Made by a program: the position numbers and the translations under genes
Notes under the pieces: model-generated
The model's input: the letters and a program-made list of their open reading frames with translations, nothing else
Database searches by the model: none
What the model was told of the DNA's origin: nothing
Source of the DNA: a virus
Taxonomy: Duplodnaviria; Caudoviricetes
DNA length: 64,000 bases
IMG/VR virus record: IMGVR_UViG_3300048923_000295
Coordinates: 16,938-80,937 of that record
Reading direction: 5' to 3' (one strand)
In this document: positions 16,045-25,184 of the stretch, piece by piece
Numbering within the stretch: the stretch's first letter is position 1
Layout of the letters: every line of letters begins with the position of its first letter

Positions 16045-16554
16045 TCAGGCGACCCGGGCCGCCTTGATCGAGTCCGCCTTCTGCTTCATCGGCACCTCGT
16101 CCTCGCGCGCCTCGTAGTCCGCGCGAACCGCGCCCTGGTCCATCACCAGGCCGCCCGGGATGAACCGCAGCTCGAACCGGCCGTGACGGCCCGGTCCGGC
16201 CGCTTCGAGGATCGGCCGGGCCTGCTTCTTCAGGTCCCGGGCGATCGCCTCCAGTCGCGCCGCCTCCGCCCACGCCTCCGCGGCGAGCTCGACGTCGGTC
16301 AGCTCGGTGAGGTCGGTGACCGGCCTCGGGGCCTTCTTGAACCGGGTGCGCTCCTGGTTCGCCTTCCGCGCGACCTTGTACGCCTCGACCGAGTCGGCGG
16401 AGATCCCGCCGGCCAGGCGGGCAAGCTTCCCGGCCTTCGCGTAGCGGCGGATGGTGGCGACCTTCAGTCCGCCGAGCTCGGCGGCGGCGGTCTCCACGCT
16501 GATCGCGTGGTCGCGGGCCGGCGCGGTGGTGGTGATCTCGGCGGTGATGGTCAT
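16045..16554 (-). CDS. HTH-containing hypothetical protein
   Basis: ISVETAAAELGGLKVATIRRYAKAGKL is an excisionase-like HTH. Confidence 0.7.
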   Translation of the reverse strand: MTITAEITTTAPARDHAISVETAAAELGGLKVATIRRYAKAGKLARLAGGISADSVEAYKVARKANQERTRFKKAPRPVTDLTELTDVELAAEAWAEAARLEAIARDLKKQARPILEAAGPGRHGRFELRFIPGGLVMDQGAVRADYEAREDEVPMKQKADSIKAARVA

Positions 16555-16555
16555 C

Positions 16556-16667
16556 GTGGCCCCCGTGGTGTGGCGTACCGTTCGGTGTGGCCCTACTGTA
16601 CCCACAAAATGGCCACAGTGGCAATGGGGAAACTCGACGGACCTTGTGGCCCGTCCGTGGGTACACT
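16556..16667. promoter_or_regulatory. divergent promoter/operator region
   Basis: 9-bp inverted repeat TGTACCCAC (16597-16605) / GTGGGTACA (16657-16665); repeated (T)GTGGCC; TANNNT boxes on both strands (TACACT 16662-16667; TACAGT on minus at 16595-16600). Confidence 0.55.
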
Positions 16668-16674
16668 GGGGGGT

Positions 16675-16857
16675 ATGGCAGAGACCGCCCTCAAACGCTT
16701 CCGCATCGACAGCGACCAGTGGGACCGCTTCAAAGCGGCCGTCGACAACAGCCCCGACCCCGAGGCCGACATGTCCAAGGTCCTGCGGCAGTTCGTCCGC
16801 TGGTACTGCCGAGAGACAGGCGCCAAGCTCCCCGAGCGTCCGGCGGAGAAGGCGTGA
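16675..16857 (+). CDS. ribbon-helix-helix DNA-binding protein
   Basis: KRFRIDSDQWDRFKAAV...MSKVLRQFVRWY. Confidence 0.75.
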   Translation: MAETALKRFRIDSDQWDRFKAAVDNSPDPEADMSKVLRQFVRWYCRETGAKLPERPAEKA

Positions 16858-17405
16858 CCATCGCCCTGGCTGGAACGATCACGACCCTGTACCGCATGTA
16901 TGACGAGGCTGGCACGCTGCTCTACGTGGGCATCAGTAACCGGCCCCTCGACCGCAAGGGCCAGCACAAGCACGACAAGCCGTGGTGGACCGAAGTAGCG
17001 ACCATGACCCTGGAGCACTACCCGACGCGCCAGGCAGCAGCGCACGCAGAGGCGATCGCGATAGCAGGCGAAGCTCCCCGGTACAACAAGGCTGGCACGC
17101 CCGACTTCGAGCAGGCACGTCACGCGCCCCGCGCGCGGCTGGTCGCAGAGGCGCCTGTCATCGCCCGGCTGTTCTCTCATCCCGAGCCGGACACCCGGCA
17201 CAGGCCGACGGGCCTACTGATGGGCCTCCAGGAGATCGAAAAGAAGCTAGGCGTCTCTCGCCAACGGGTCCACCAGCTCACAGACCACCCAAACTTTCCG
17301 CCCGCCTATGACGTGATCAAGGCAGGCCGAATCTGGCGCACCGAGGACATCGAGGGCAGGATGCGCCGCACCGGGCGGACGCCAGCGAAGGAGGGTTCGC
17401 AGTGA
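16854..17405 (+). CDS. GIY-YIG nuclease-family protein fused to a C-terminal AlpA-like HTH
   Basis: TLYRMYDEAGTLLYVGISN..DR..QH...KPWW...E..AI..E.P.YN; C-terminal LMGLQEIEKKLGVSRQRVHQL...FP. Confidence 0.85.
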   Translation: MTIALAGTITTLYRMYDEAGTLLYVGISNRPLDRKGQHKHDKPWWTEVATMTLEHYPTRQAAAHAEAIAIAGEAPRYNKAGTPDFEQARHAPRARLVAEAPVIARLFSHPEPDTRHRPTGLLMGLQEIEKKLGVSRQRVHQLTDHPNFPPAYDVIKAGRIWRTEDIEGRMRRTGRTPAKEGSQ

Positions 17406-17651
17406 GCGCCGTCGACCGGCACTGAACCCGGCAACGCGAACGGCCCCACACCGACGGGGGACGCGGTGTGAGGCCGCACGTGCCCTGGCGCGTCGGGTGC
17501 GGCTCACCCATGCCGCTGACTCGCCGGCAGGGCTGCCCAGACCCGGGGGCGGAGCACTGGAACGGACACCAGCCATGTCGGTGCCGTCCCGACGCGCCAG
17601 GAACGAGACCATCCTACTAATTCGTTGGTTCGTCGATCGTAGGATGCGGCT

Positions 17652-18332
17652 GTGCCCCCCACGCAGCTCTCCGCTGAGATCCAGTTGTCTCATCTACTCG
17701 GCGAGCTGTACGGCCGGTTCTCTGCCGCCGACGCCCCCGGGAACCTGTCGCTGCTGGATCGGCTGAGCCTCGCCTGGCGGGAGCGCCTCCTCCCGGCCAG
17801 CCGCGAGGGCACCTCCGGCCGCCGACCACCGGGATCCCGCCCGCCGAACCCTGACGGGGCGCTTCTCGCCCGAGACGAGATCGAACGTCTCGTCGACGAC
17901 TGGCTCGACGCGCTGGCCCCAGCCGGGACGACCCGCCGTGGAGATCCACTGCTGCTCCCAATACTCGTCCAGAGCGCCGACGACCAGCAGGCCGGCGAGC
18001 TGCTCACCGACGTGCGGGGGATGCACCGCACCGCTCTACTAGTCCTCGGACTGGAGGAGTACCCGCGGAACCTCCGCGGCGAGAGCGCGCCGGTGTGTAC
18101 CCACTGCGACCAGCAGACGATCATGTTCGATCGGAATGCGAACCGCGGGGACCTGTGGTGCGGTAACGCCGGCTGGGCTGCCAGCGCCTGCCACGACGAC
18201 GAACACTGGCCGGACTGCCGCGACCCCGAAACGGGGGTCATTCGCTGCCGGCGCTCCGCTCGTTCCGTGCGCCACCACTACTTCTGGGAGCACTGGCGGT
18301 GGCACGAGCTGACCCGGGCGAGGCCGGCATGA
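17652..18332 (+). CDS. hypothetical protein with zinc-ribbon motifs
   Basis: 226 aa; CTHC ... WCGN ... CHD. Confidence 0.7.
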   Translation: MPPTQLSAEIQLSHLLGELYGRFSAADAPGNLSLLDRLSLAWRERLLPASREGTSGRRPPGSRPPNPDGALLARDEIERLVDDWLDALAPAGTTRRGDPLLLPILVQSADDQQAGELLTDVRGMHRTALLVLGLEEYPRNLRGESAPVCTHCDQQTIMFDRNANRGDLWCGNAGWAASACHDDEHWPDCRDPETGVIRCRRSARSVRHHYFWEHWRWHELTRARPA

Positions 18333-18628
18333 GCACACCAACCGCTCCCGCCGTCACCTGCTGGGCTCCCGGTGGCCATCTCGAGAACGCCACCGATCCC
18401 GGCTGGTGTGTGTCCTGCGGCGCGGCCATCCCACCACCTCCGCCGTGGGAGTGGTGGACGGCTCGACAGGCGCTCATCGTCCAGGCCGCGGAGACCGCCC
18501 GCCGCCGACGGCAGACACGGCTGACCGCCGACCGCATCGCCCGGCTGGGCGCGGCCATCGAACGGGCCGCCGACGTGCTAGGCGCGGTGAGCGAGGCCGC
18601 GGCGCGCGTCCGCGAGGACCTCCGGTGA
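18329..18628 (+). CDS. hypothetical protein
   Basis: ATGA-coupled; C..GH...WCVSCG. Confidence 0.6.
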   Translation: MSTPTAPAVTCWAPGGHLENATDPGWCVSCGAAIPPPPPWEWWTARQALIVQAAETARRRRQTRLTADRIARLGAAIERAADVLGAVSEAAARVREDLR

Positions 18629-18891
18629 GCCCGCGCGGGACGCTCCGTGTCGACGAGCTGATCCTCCCGGTCGTCGACATCAGGCTCCGAGCCGGCGAGC
18701 TCCACATCATCGCGGTCCGCGTCGGCGTCGGCCCGGCTGCCTCCGGCTGGCCTGTGGTGCATGGCGTCGACGGCACCCAGATCATCCGCGGCGTCGACCG
18801 GATCGACATCCCCGCACGATCCAGCTACGCCCAGACGATCACGGTGGATCTGCCGATCCGCCTCGGTGCCGATCGGACGGCCATCCGCTGA
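18625..18891 (+). CDS. hypothetical protein
   Basis: GTGA-coupled, beta-rich 88 aa. Confidence 0.6.
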   Translation: MSPRGTLRVDELILPVVDIRLRAGELHIIAVRVGVGPAASGWPVVHGVDGTQIIRGVDRIDIPARSSYAQTITVDLPIRLGADRTAIR

Positions 18892-19097
18892 TGCCGCCCC
18901 TCGCCACGTTCGTGGTCATCATCGTCGAGTGGCTACTCGACCGCCGCCGCGCCGCACGGCTGCCGGTGGAGGTGTTCCGGGACGTCTGCGCGGTCTGCGG
19001 CCACGTCGAGGACCATCCGGATGCGGGAGTGGCACTGGCTCGGATGGCCGTGCACCGCGCCGCCGACCACACCACACCCACCCTGGAGTCCCGTTGA
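18891..19097 (+). CDS. hypothetical protein
   Basis: TGATG-coupled; CAVCGH. Confidence 0.6.
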   Translation: MPPLATFVVIIVEWLLDRRRAARLPVEVFRDVCAVCGHVEDHPDAGVALARMAVHRAADHTTPTLESR

Positions 19098-19924
19098 CCC
19101 GCATCCGCGCCCAACGCCCGGCCGCCGACGTCCTCGCCGAGATCGAGGCGACGCTCGACGCGGTGACCACCCCGCCGCCGGACTGGTCCGGATCCGGCGT
19201 CCAGGCGCGCCGCGACGACGACCCGATGTGGCAGATGGGCGACACGGCCGCCCGCTGGGATCCCGACGTCGGGTGGAACCCCCGCCTCGGCGAGGTTGCG
19301 GCCGAATCGCTCGACGACCTCATGATTGGCGACTTCGATCCCGGCACCATGCGCGTCAGCGTGGCCCGCAGGCTGCAACGCGCAGCCTCGCAGACCGTCC
19401 GCTACGAGGCATGCAACCCGTCCGACCCTGCCCGCCGCCACTGGCTCCGAGATGGACAGCGGGACGGCGTCGACATCGGCCGCGTGTGGCTCGACGAGGC
19501 CGCCGGATTCCCGGATCACCCGCGGCTGTTCCGGGAGGCCGACACCGTCCGCATGCTCGAAACGCACCAGCTCACCGCACCGATGCCGATCGTCGTCATC
19601 GGCCGAGACCGGCGGGACATCGAACGCTGGTGCGACGAGGGCAACATCCCCGACCATCTGCGCCGCCGGCAGATCATCGGCATCACCGGCGTGCCCGACC
19701 TCCGCGGGCTGATGGGCTCCATCCCGCAGGCCGCGGTCGTCCTCGACTCCTTCGACGGCCACCCGCACCGCGTGGAGATCCTCGCGGAGGTAGTGACCCG
19801 GCTGACGGCGGCCGACCAAGCCGAGGCCGCACACCGCCAGGCCGGCTGGCCGGTGCCGCCCCACCTCGACAACCCGATCACCCGAATCTTCAACGAGCAC
19901 ATCGAGGAGCACCGCCGCAGATGA
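19094..19924 (+). CDS. hypothetical protein
   Basis: TTG start overlaps upstream stop; coding-like codon usage. Confidence 0.6.
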   Translation: MTRIRAQRPAADVLAEIEATLDAVTTPPPDWSGSGVQARRDDDPMWQMGDTAARWDPDVGWNPRLGEVAAESLDDLMIGDFDPGTMRVSVARRLQRAASQTVRYEACNPSDPARRHWLRDGQRDGVDIGRVWLDEAAGFPDHPRLFREADTVRMLETHQLTAPMPIVVIGRDRRDIERWCDEGNIPDHLRRRQIIGITGVPDLRGLMGSIPQAAVVLDSFDGHPHRVEILAEVVTRLTAADQAEAAHRQAGWPVPPHLDNPITRIFNEHIEEHRRR

Positions 19925-20439
19925 TGAACCCCCTCACTGTCGTCGCGGTCACCGGCGTTCGGGAGCGGCCAGACGACCTCGATGTCAGCTCGCTCGGCGT
20001 GCCAGCCAGCATCCCGAACCCCACCGCATCCATCACGATGACGATCACCGCCGCGAAACCGTGGGGGATGGTGACGGTCTCGGCCACCGCCTCAGGCCCG
20101 CATGCCGTTGCCCGCGCCGGATGGCAGGCGTTCACACGCCTCGAAGCCGCCCTACCCGGCATGACCCTGGAACACCGCGCACTCGTTGACGGCCGCTGGC
20201 AGACCGTCCTCACCGAACCGGAGGAACCATCGATGGCCGATGAGCCGACCCCGCTCCATCCCGCCCAGCGTCTGACCGACGAGCAGGTGGTCGCCGAGCT
20301 GGTGCGCCTGGCCGACGCCGACGAGCTCCCCAACCGGCTCGCCGCGCAGTTGAACGGGGCGCTGATCCGCCGCGCCGGCCGACAGTTCAAAGGCGCGATC
20401 GACCAGTTCACGTCCGCTCTCGGCGGCGGGAAGCAATGA
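19921..20439 (+). CDS. hypothetical protein
   Basis: ATGA-coupled at both ends. Confidence 0.6.
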   Translation: MMNPLTVVAVTGVRERPDDLDVSSLGVPASIPNPTASITMTITAAKPWGMVTVSATASGPHAVARAGWQAFTRLEAALPGMTLEHRALVDGRWQTVLTEPEEPSMADEPTPLHPAQRLTDEQVVAELVRLADADELPNRLAAQLNGALIRRAGRQFKGAIDQFTSALGGGKQ

Positions 20440-21194
20440 ACCCCGGCACCTTCGAGGCCACGATGCGCGCGGGCGAGTGGTTCCACGACCTGACCGTCCC
20501 GGCCGGCATGTGGCCTGTGATCCGGGTCGACGGCCGCGCGTTCACCAAGCTCACCACCGACGCCGGCTACGACAAGCCGTTCGACGCCCAGTTCTCGAGC
20601 ATCATGGTCGAGGTCGCCCGGGAGCTCCTCCAGCAGCTGGGCGGCCTCTACGCGTTCACCGAGTCCGACGAGGTCAGCGTCGTACTCCCGCCGACCACCG
20701 ACCTGTTCAGCCGCTCGCTCGAGAAGCTGGTCAGCGTCTCCGCCGGCATCGCCACCGCGGCGTTCACCTCCCGCGCACCCGAGCCGGGGCATTTCGACAG
20801 CCGGGTGTGGATCGGCCCCACCCTCGGCGCCGTGGTGGACTACCTGTCGTGGCGGCAGGCGGATGCGATCCGCTGCGGCCTGAACGGCTGGGCCTACTGG
20901 ACGCTGCGCCATGCCGGCCGGTCGGCGCGTGCGGCCACCTCGGCGCTGAAGGGCCTGCGCGCCGACGCGAAACGCCAGCTGCTCGCCGAGTACGGCGTTG
21001 CCTTCGACGAACGCCCGGCGTGGGAGCGTCACGGCATCGCCCTCTGGTGGGACCTCCACATCAAGATCGGCCACGACCCTATCCGCGGCGTCGATGTGGC
21101 CACCGACCGCCGTCGGATCCACGTCGCCCGGGAGCTGACGACCGGCGCCGACTACCGGGAGATCGCAGCCCACGTCATCGGCAGCTCGCTGTGA
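20436..21194 (+). CDS. tRNA(His) guanylyltransferase Thg1-like protein (3'-5' polymerase)
   Basis: VIRVDGRAFTKLT...KPFD, AFTESDEVSV, FDSRV, YLSWRQADA, PAWERHG: canonical Thg1 motifs. Confidence 0.92.
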   Translation: MNPGTFEATMRAGEWFHDLTVPAGMWPVIRVDGRAFTKLTTDAGYDKPFDAQFSSIMVEVARELLQQLGGLYAFTESDEVSVVLPPTTDLFSRSLEKLVSVSAGIATAAFTSRAPEPGHFDSRVWIGPTLGAVVDYLSWRQADAIRCGLNGWAYWTLRHAGRSARAATSALKGLRADAKRQLLAEYGVAFDERPAWERHGIALWWDLHIKIGHDPIRGVDVATDRRRIHVARELTTGADYREIAAHVIGSSL

Positions 21195-21261
21195 CCGGGA
21201 CCCGCGCCCAAAACGCGCTCCGCGATCTCCTCGACGCGCCCGCCCCGCTGGTCTCCCGGCC

Positions 21262-21723
21262 GTGACCGACCTCGACGTCCTCGCCGCGTTCGTGCTCGCC
21301 CGGATCGCCGAGGAGGAAGCCGACGCGCGGGCGGCCACACCGGCCCCGTGGTGGGTCGAGAACACCACATCCCGTCGCTGGACAGTCATGGCGGCAGCGG
21401 ACGACGCCCCGGAGCTTGCGCAGATGGTCGGTGGAGGGAACTCGGTTCGGCGGTGCGGTGACGCTGACACCCGGCACATCGCCCGCCAGAACCCTGCCGT
21501 CACCCTCGCCCGGGGGCAGGCGCTACGGTCGCTCGTCGAGCTGCACGGGCGCGTCGAGGAGCACGGCGAGGCGATGTGCGGGCACTGCGCGCGCCCCGGG
21601 GAGATCTCGGGCGACCTGGAGGGCGACTGGCCCTGTGCGACCCTCCGTCTCGTCGCGTCGATCTACCGTTACCGTCCTGACGGCTCCCAGCATCCCGACT
21701 GGCAGGCAGACTGGGCCGTGTGA
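21262..21723 (+). CDS. DUF6221-like actinophage protein
   Basis: LAAFVLARIAEEEADA...PCATLRLVASIY...HPDWQADW. Confidence 0.75.
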   Translation: MTDLDVLAAFVLARIAEEEADARAATPAPWWVENTTSRRWTVMAAADDAPELAQMVGGGNSVRRCGDADTRHIARQNPAVTLARGQALRSLVELHGRVEEHGEAMCGHCARPGEISGDLEGDWPCATLRLVASIYRYRPDGSQHPDWQADWAV

Positions 21724-22337
21724 ACTGGTGCGAGCACTGCCGGGAATTCGCTGCCGACCATTACGACGCGGACGGTAAGCATCGCGTCGGTTCGGCCTTC
21801 GGTGCGTACGGCCGGCTCCTCGCCGCCGAGCAGCAGCTCCACCGGCTTCTCGCCGCCGCCGGCACGCTCGCCGCCGTCAGGGCAGAGGAGAGCGAAACCC
21901 GGTTCGGCGGCTGGCTCCTCTCGCCCCCCATCGAACTGCCCGACGAACTCGAGAAGCTCCGCGCCGCCATCACCGAAGCCCGCGAGACCTTGGGCCTGTG
22001 CGGCGCCCGGGCGGTGTTCTGGCCCGACGACGAGGCGTGCGACGCCGAATGCTGCCTCCTCCTCGGCCACCGGCCCGCCGGCGTCCACGAGGATGAGATC
22101 CTCGGCGAGTGGGACGAGGACGAGCTGCCCACGACCCCCGGCGTGCCGGACACGGCCTCACATGAGGATCATCATCGGCACATCGTCCGTTCCCGCATCG
22201 TCTGCTCGTGCGGCGTACCCCGGGCACTCCTTGTCCCAGCGGCGAAGGCCACCAGCGGGGATGACGTGTGCGTGATCTGCGGCATTCGAGGTGTCCGCGC
22301 CGCCGATCCACCTCCATCCGAGGAGTCGACACCATGA
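21720..22337 (+). CDS. hypothetical Cys/His-rich protein
   Basis: GTGA-coupled; CEHC, CSCG, CVICG. Confidence 0.6.
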   Translation: MNWCEHCREFAADHYDADGKHRVGSAFGAYGRLLAAEQQLHRLLAAAGTLAAVRAEESETRFGGWLLSPPIELPDELEKLRAAITEARETLGLCGARAVFWPDDEACDAECCLLLGHRPAGVHEDEILGEWDEDELPTTPGVPDTASHEDHHRHIVRSRIVCSCGVPRALLVPAAKATSGDDVCVICGIRGVRAADPPPSEESTP

Positions 22338-22471
22338 CGAATCGTTCGGGCCGTTCCGTGAACACCCGGGATCCACGGGGCTGGACGAGCACGGGGAAGC
22401 GGTACAAGGCGTCGACGGCGCGCTACCTGCGCCGCGCCGTCCGTCAGGTGCTCACCCGCAAGACCCGCTGA
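22334..22471 (+). CDS. small basic protein
   Basis: AGGAG SD; 45 aa Arg-rich. Confidence 0.5.
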   Translation: MTNRSGRSVNTRDPRGWTSTGKRYKASTARYLRRAVRQVLTRKTR

Positions 22472-22547
22472 CCCCCCGCAATCATCTGTTTCGCATACCG
22501 CTATGCTCCCCCTCCGTTAGGTACAACATCGGATACACGGGGGAAAC

Positions 22548-22994
22548 ATGGGCAAGAAACTCGCGATCGCTGGCGGCGTCATCATCTTCCTGGCCATCGT
22601 CGGCGCGGCGATCGGTGGCAGCGGCGGCGGGAAGTCCAGCACGTCGACGTCGAGCACCACCCCGTCCGCGATCGCCGCAGGCCAGCCGGCGTCCGCCGCC
22701 CAGGCCGCGGGCCCGGAGCACTCCGAGGATGTGGCCATCACCGGCTGCGCCCCGGACGCCGCAGGGTTCGCCGCGGCCAACGTCACCGTCACGAACCACA
22801 GCTCGAAGGCGTCGAACTACATCGTCAACATCGTCTTCGAGTCCGGTGACGGCACCACCCAGATCGGCACCGGCCTTGTCGCCGTCAACGGGTTGCAGCC
22901 TGGCCAGCAGTCCCCGCAGGACACCTCGGCGCTGAAGCCGGCAACCGCCGGCTACCGGTGTCGGATCGGCGACATCACCCGCTACGCCGCGTAG
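22548..22994 (+). CDS. membrane-anchored exported protein with FxLYD-like beta-sandwich (moron-like)
   Basis: N-terminal TM, Ser/Thr linker, VTVTNHSSKASNYIVNIVFES..G.TQIG...VNGLQPGQ; AT-richer upstream region with TATGCT. Confidence 0.75.
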   Translation: MGKKLAIAGGVIIFLAIVGAAIGGSGGGKSSTSTSSTTPSAIAAGQPASAAQAAGPEHSEDVAITGCAPDAAGFAAANVTVTNHSSKASNYIVNIVFESGDGTTQIGTGLVAVNGLQPGQQSPQDTSALKPATAGYRCRIGDITRYAA

Positions 22995-23127
22995 GAGGAC
23001 GCCACGGGCATGCGGGTGGGACGCCTGCATGCCCCACCCCCACCGTGAGGGGTGGTAAGGTCCCGACAGCGCCAGAGGTGCGCCTACAGCACACCCCGGA
23101 GGTCCGATGCGACCCCGGGGGTTTCTT

Positions 23128-23316
23128 ATGCTGCCCGAGATCGCCCACTGGCTCGGCCAGTCCCCCGCCCGCTACTGCGCCGCGACCCGCCGACTCCTCG
23201 AACGCCGCGGCATCGCCCCAGCCGCGCAGATGGCCACAGGCCGCCGCGAGCTCCTCTGGCGCTGGGAAGACCTTCAGCCCCTCGCCGCCCGGATCCCCCG
23301 CGCCGAGGCGGCGTGA
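23128..23316 (+). CDS. small putative DNA-binding protein
   Basis: MLPEIAHWLGQS...LLWRWEDL. Confidence 0.5.
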   Translation: MLPEIAHWLGQSPARYCAATRRLLERRGIAPAAQMATGRRELLWRWEDLQPLAARIPRAEAA

Positions 23317-23591
23317 CGGGGCCGACCGACCGGGCCGCCGACCTGCGCCACGCCCGCGAGCAGGACGCCCAAAGAGCCGCTCGGGACCGCAAGACAGCCG
23401 CAAGGGCCGCACGGCACCGTGCGGCCGGCCGCTCGAGCGCCCACGCGGCCCGGGTGCGTTCCCGAACCCTCGAGCATCTCCTGGCCGCCGAACGCCGCGA
23501 CCTCGCCGTCGAGGTGGAACGCCGCCGTGCCGAGCTCGCCCGCCTCGCCCGGCTGATGACCGCCCGGCCCACCCGGCACGCCCCCGAATAG
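23313..23591 (+). CDS. Arg/Ala-rich hypothetical protein
   Basis: GTGA-coupled ORF. Confidence 0.45.
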   Translation: MTGPTDRAADLRHAREQDAQRAARDRKTAARAARHRAAGRSSAHAARVRSRTLEHLLAAERRDLAVEVERRRAELARLARLMTARPTRHAPE

Positions 23592-23615
23592 CCCCGCAGC
23601 GACCCGAGGTGACCC

Positions 23616-24827
23616 GTGGCCGGTCCCTCGGCCCCGAAGTGCGCCGCGATCACCCTCAAAGGGCTGCCGTGTAAGAACAAGGCGAAGTACGGGCCCTACT
23701 GCGGCGTCCACAAGAACTACAGCGGTAAGGCCGCAGCGAAAGCCGCGGCAGCCCCGAAGCTCGCGCACCTCGCGGGGAAAGCGAAGCCGACCGCGACCCA
23801 CCCGCCCGCGGCCCCGGACGCAGACCCGTTCACCCCCACCGGCCTGTCCGTCCTGGACGCCGCGCCAGACGCTTTCAATCTCCCTGCCACGGTCTCCTCG
23901 GCCGACGTGGCCCCCTACCGGCCGTCGGGGGCGAAGAAGACCGTCGGCGCCTACCTCCGCCGGCTCGACGCGGATCCGAATGCCAAGGCGCAGACGAAGA
24001 CCAAGCTGGCCGCGCACGCCGATGGTCTCGTGCACCTCGACGCGGACGGCAAGGCGACGCTCACCCCGAAGGGGCAGGCGATCGCCGCCGCCCTCGCCCA
24101 GCCGAAGAAGAAGCCGACGCTCGCCGCGCTGAGCGGGAAGACGCCCACCCCGGCTCTCCCGCATCACGGCGGGACCGCGCCGCTTCATACCGGCCCGTGG
24201 TGGTCGAAGGATGCCGCCAAGCCTAAGAGCCTCGCCGAGTTGCTGGCCAGCAACGCCCCCATCGTGGGATCCGCGAACCTCGCAACCTATTTCGATCATG
24301 TGATGTCGCACGGGAAGTACACCGACGCCCACAGGAACGCGACCCGCGCCTACTCGGGTCCCGCATACGGCCACATCAACGCCAACCTCAGGGCGGGCAC
24401 AGCCGTTCCGGCCAGCAGCCAAGTCACGATGAAAAACCTTGACTCGGCATTCGAGGCCACACCTCCACTCGACCGTCCTGTCCACGTCAGTCGAGGAGTG
24501 AAGGGCGTCGCCGGAGTGTTTCCCGACCTTGCCCCGGGGACGATGTACACCGATCCCGGGTTCATGTCGACGAGCCGGGACAGAACAACCGCGGAATCGT
24601 TCTCCGGTTACACCGACCCGGGGATCATCACCCTTCGGGTGCCGGCCGGTGCGCGAGCCATCGCGATGACCAGCCCATCACCCCCGAACCTACCCTCGAA
24701 CCTGCCCGGCGAAGGCGAGATTCTGCTTCCCCGGGATAGCTCGATCAGGATCCGGCATGTTACCATCAAGAATGGTAGGACGTATATCGACGCCGAACTC
24801 ATCGTCGCGGGGGTTAACGATGGCTAG
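23616..24827 (+). CDS. ADP-ribosyltransferase 1 (VIP2/C3-like, R-STS-ExE) with N-terminal C3H zinc finger
   Basis: CAAITLKGLPCKN...YCGVH; AYSGPAYGHINANLR; VSRGV; GFMSTS; EGEILLPR. Confidence 0.9.
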   Translation: MAGPSAPKCAAITLKGLPCKNKAKYGPYCGVHKNYSGKAAAKAAAAPKLAHLAGKAKPTATHPPAAPDADPFTPTGLSVLDAAPDAFNLPATVSSADVAPYRPSGAKKTVGAYLRRLDADPNAKAQTKTKLAAHADGLVHLDADGKATLTPKGQAIAAALAQPKKKPTLAALSGKTPTPALPHHGGTAPLHTGPWWSKDAAKPKSLAELLASNAPIVGSANLATYFDHVMSHGKYTDAHRNATRAYSGPAYGHINANLRAGTAVPASSQVTMKNLDSAFEATPPLDRPVHVSRGVKGVAGVFPDLAPGTMYTDPGFMSTSRDRTTAESFSGYTDPGIITLRVPAGARAIAMTSPSPPNLPSNLPGEGEILLPRDSSIRIRHVTIKNGRTYIDAELIVAGVNDG

Positions 24828-24999
24828 CACGCACGGCAACGCCACGCAGGAGGACCGTCTCACCTGGAAGCCGGGGGACCTGCGGCCACTCCCGCCCGGC
24901 GCTCCGATCCCGACACCGGTGATCGGGCCTCTCGACTGGGAGAACACCCCGGAAGGCCAGGCGCTCCTCGCGCAGGCCGCGGCGGAGGCCGACGGATGA
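24820..24999 (+). CDS. small acidic/Pro-rich protein (W-x-PGD motif)
   Basis: MASTHGNATQEDRLTWKPGDL...; overlaps ART1 stop. Confidence 0.65.
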   Translation: MASTHGNATQEDRLTWKPGDLRPLPPGAPIPTPVIGPLDWENTPEGQALLAQAAAEADG

Positions 25000-25139
25000 G
25001 CCACCCCACCGGCGACGGCCCCACGCAGGCCGAACAGGACGAGTACGACGAGCGGTTCCTGTGGGAGCCAGGCGACGCCACGGTGATCCCCGCCGGCGAG
25101 CCGCTCCCCCAGCCCGATCCCGATCCGGCCAGCGAGTAG
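24996..25139 (+). CDS. small acidic protein (W-x-PGD motif), 47 aa
   Basis: Read by hand: MSHPTGDGPTQAEQDEYDERFLWEPGDATVIPAGEPLPQPDPDPASE. Confidence 0.65.
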   Translation: MSHPTGDGPTQAEQDEYDERFLWEPGDATVIPAGEPLPQPDPDPASE

Positions 25140-25184
25140 CACCCGCCCGCGGGCCGCTCGCCCGCATCCCCGTAGTGAGGCGTC

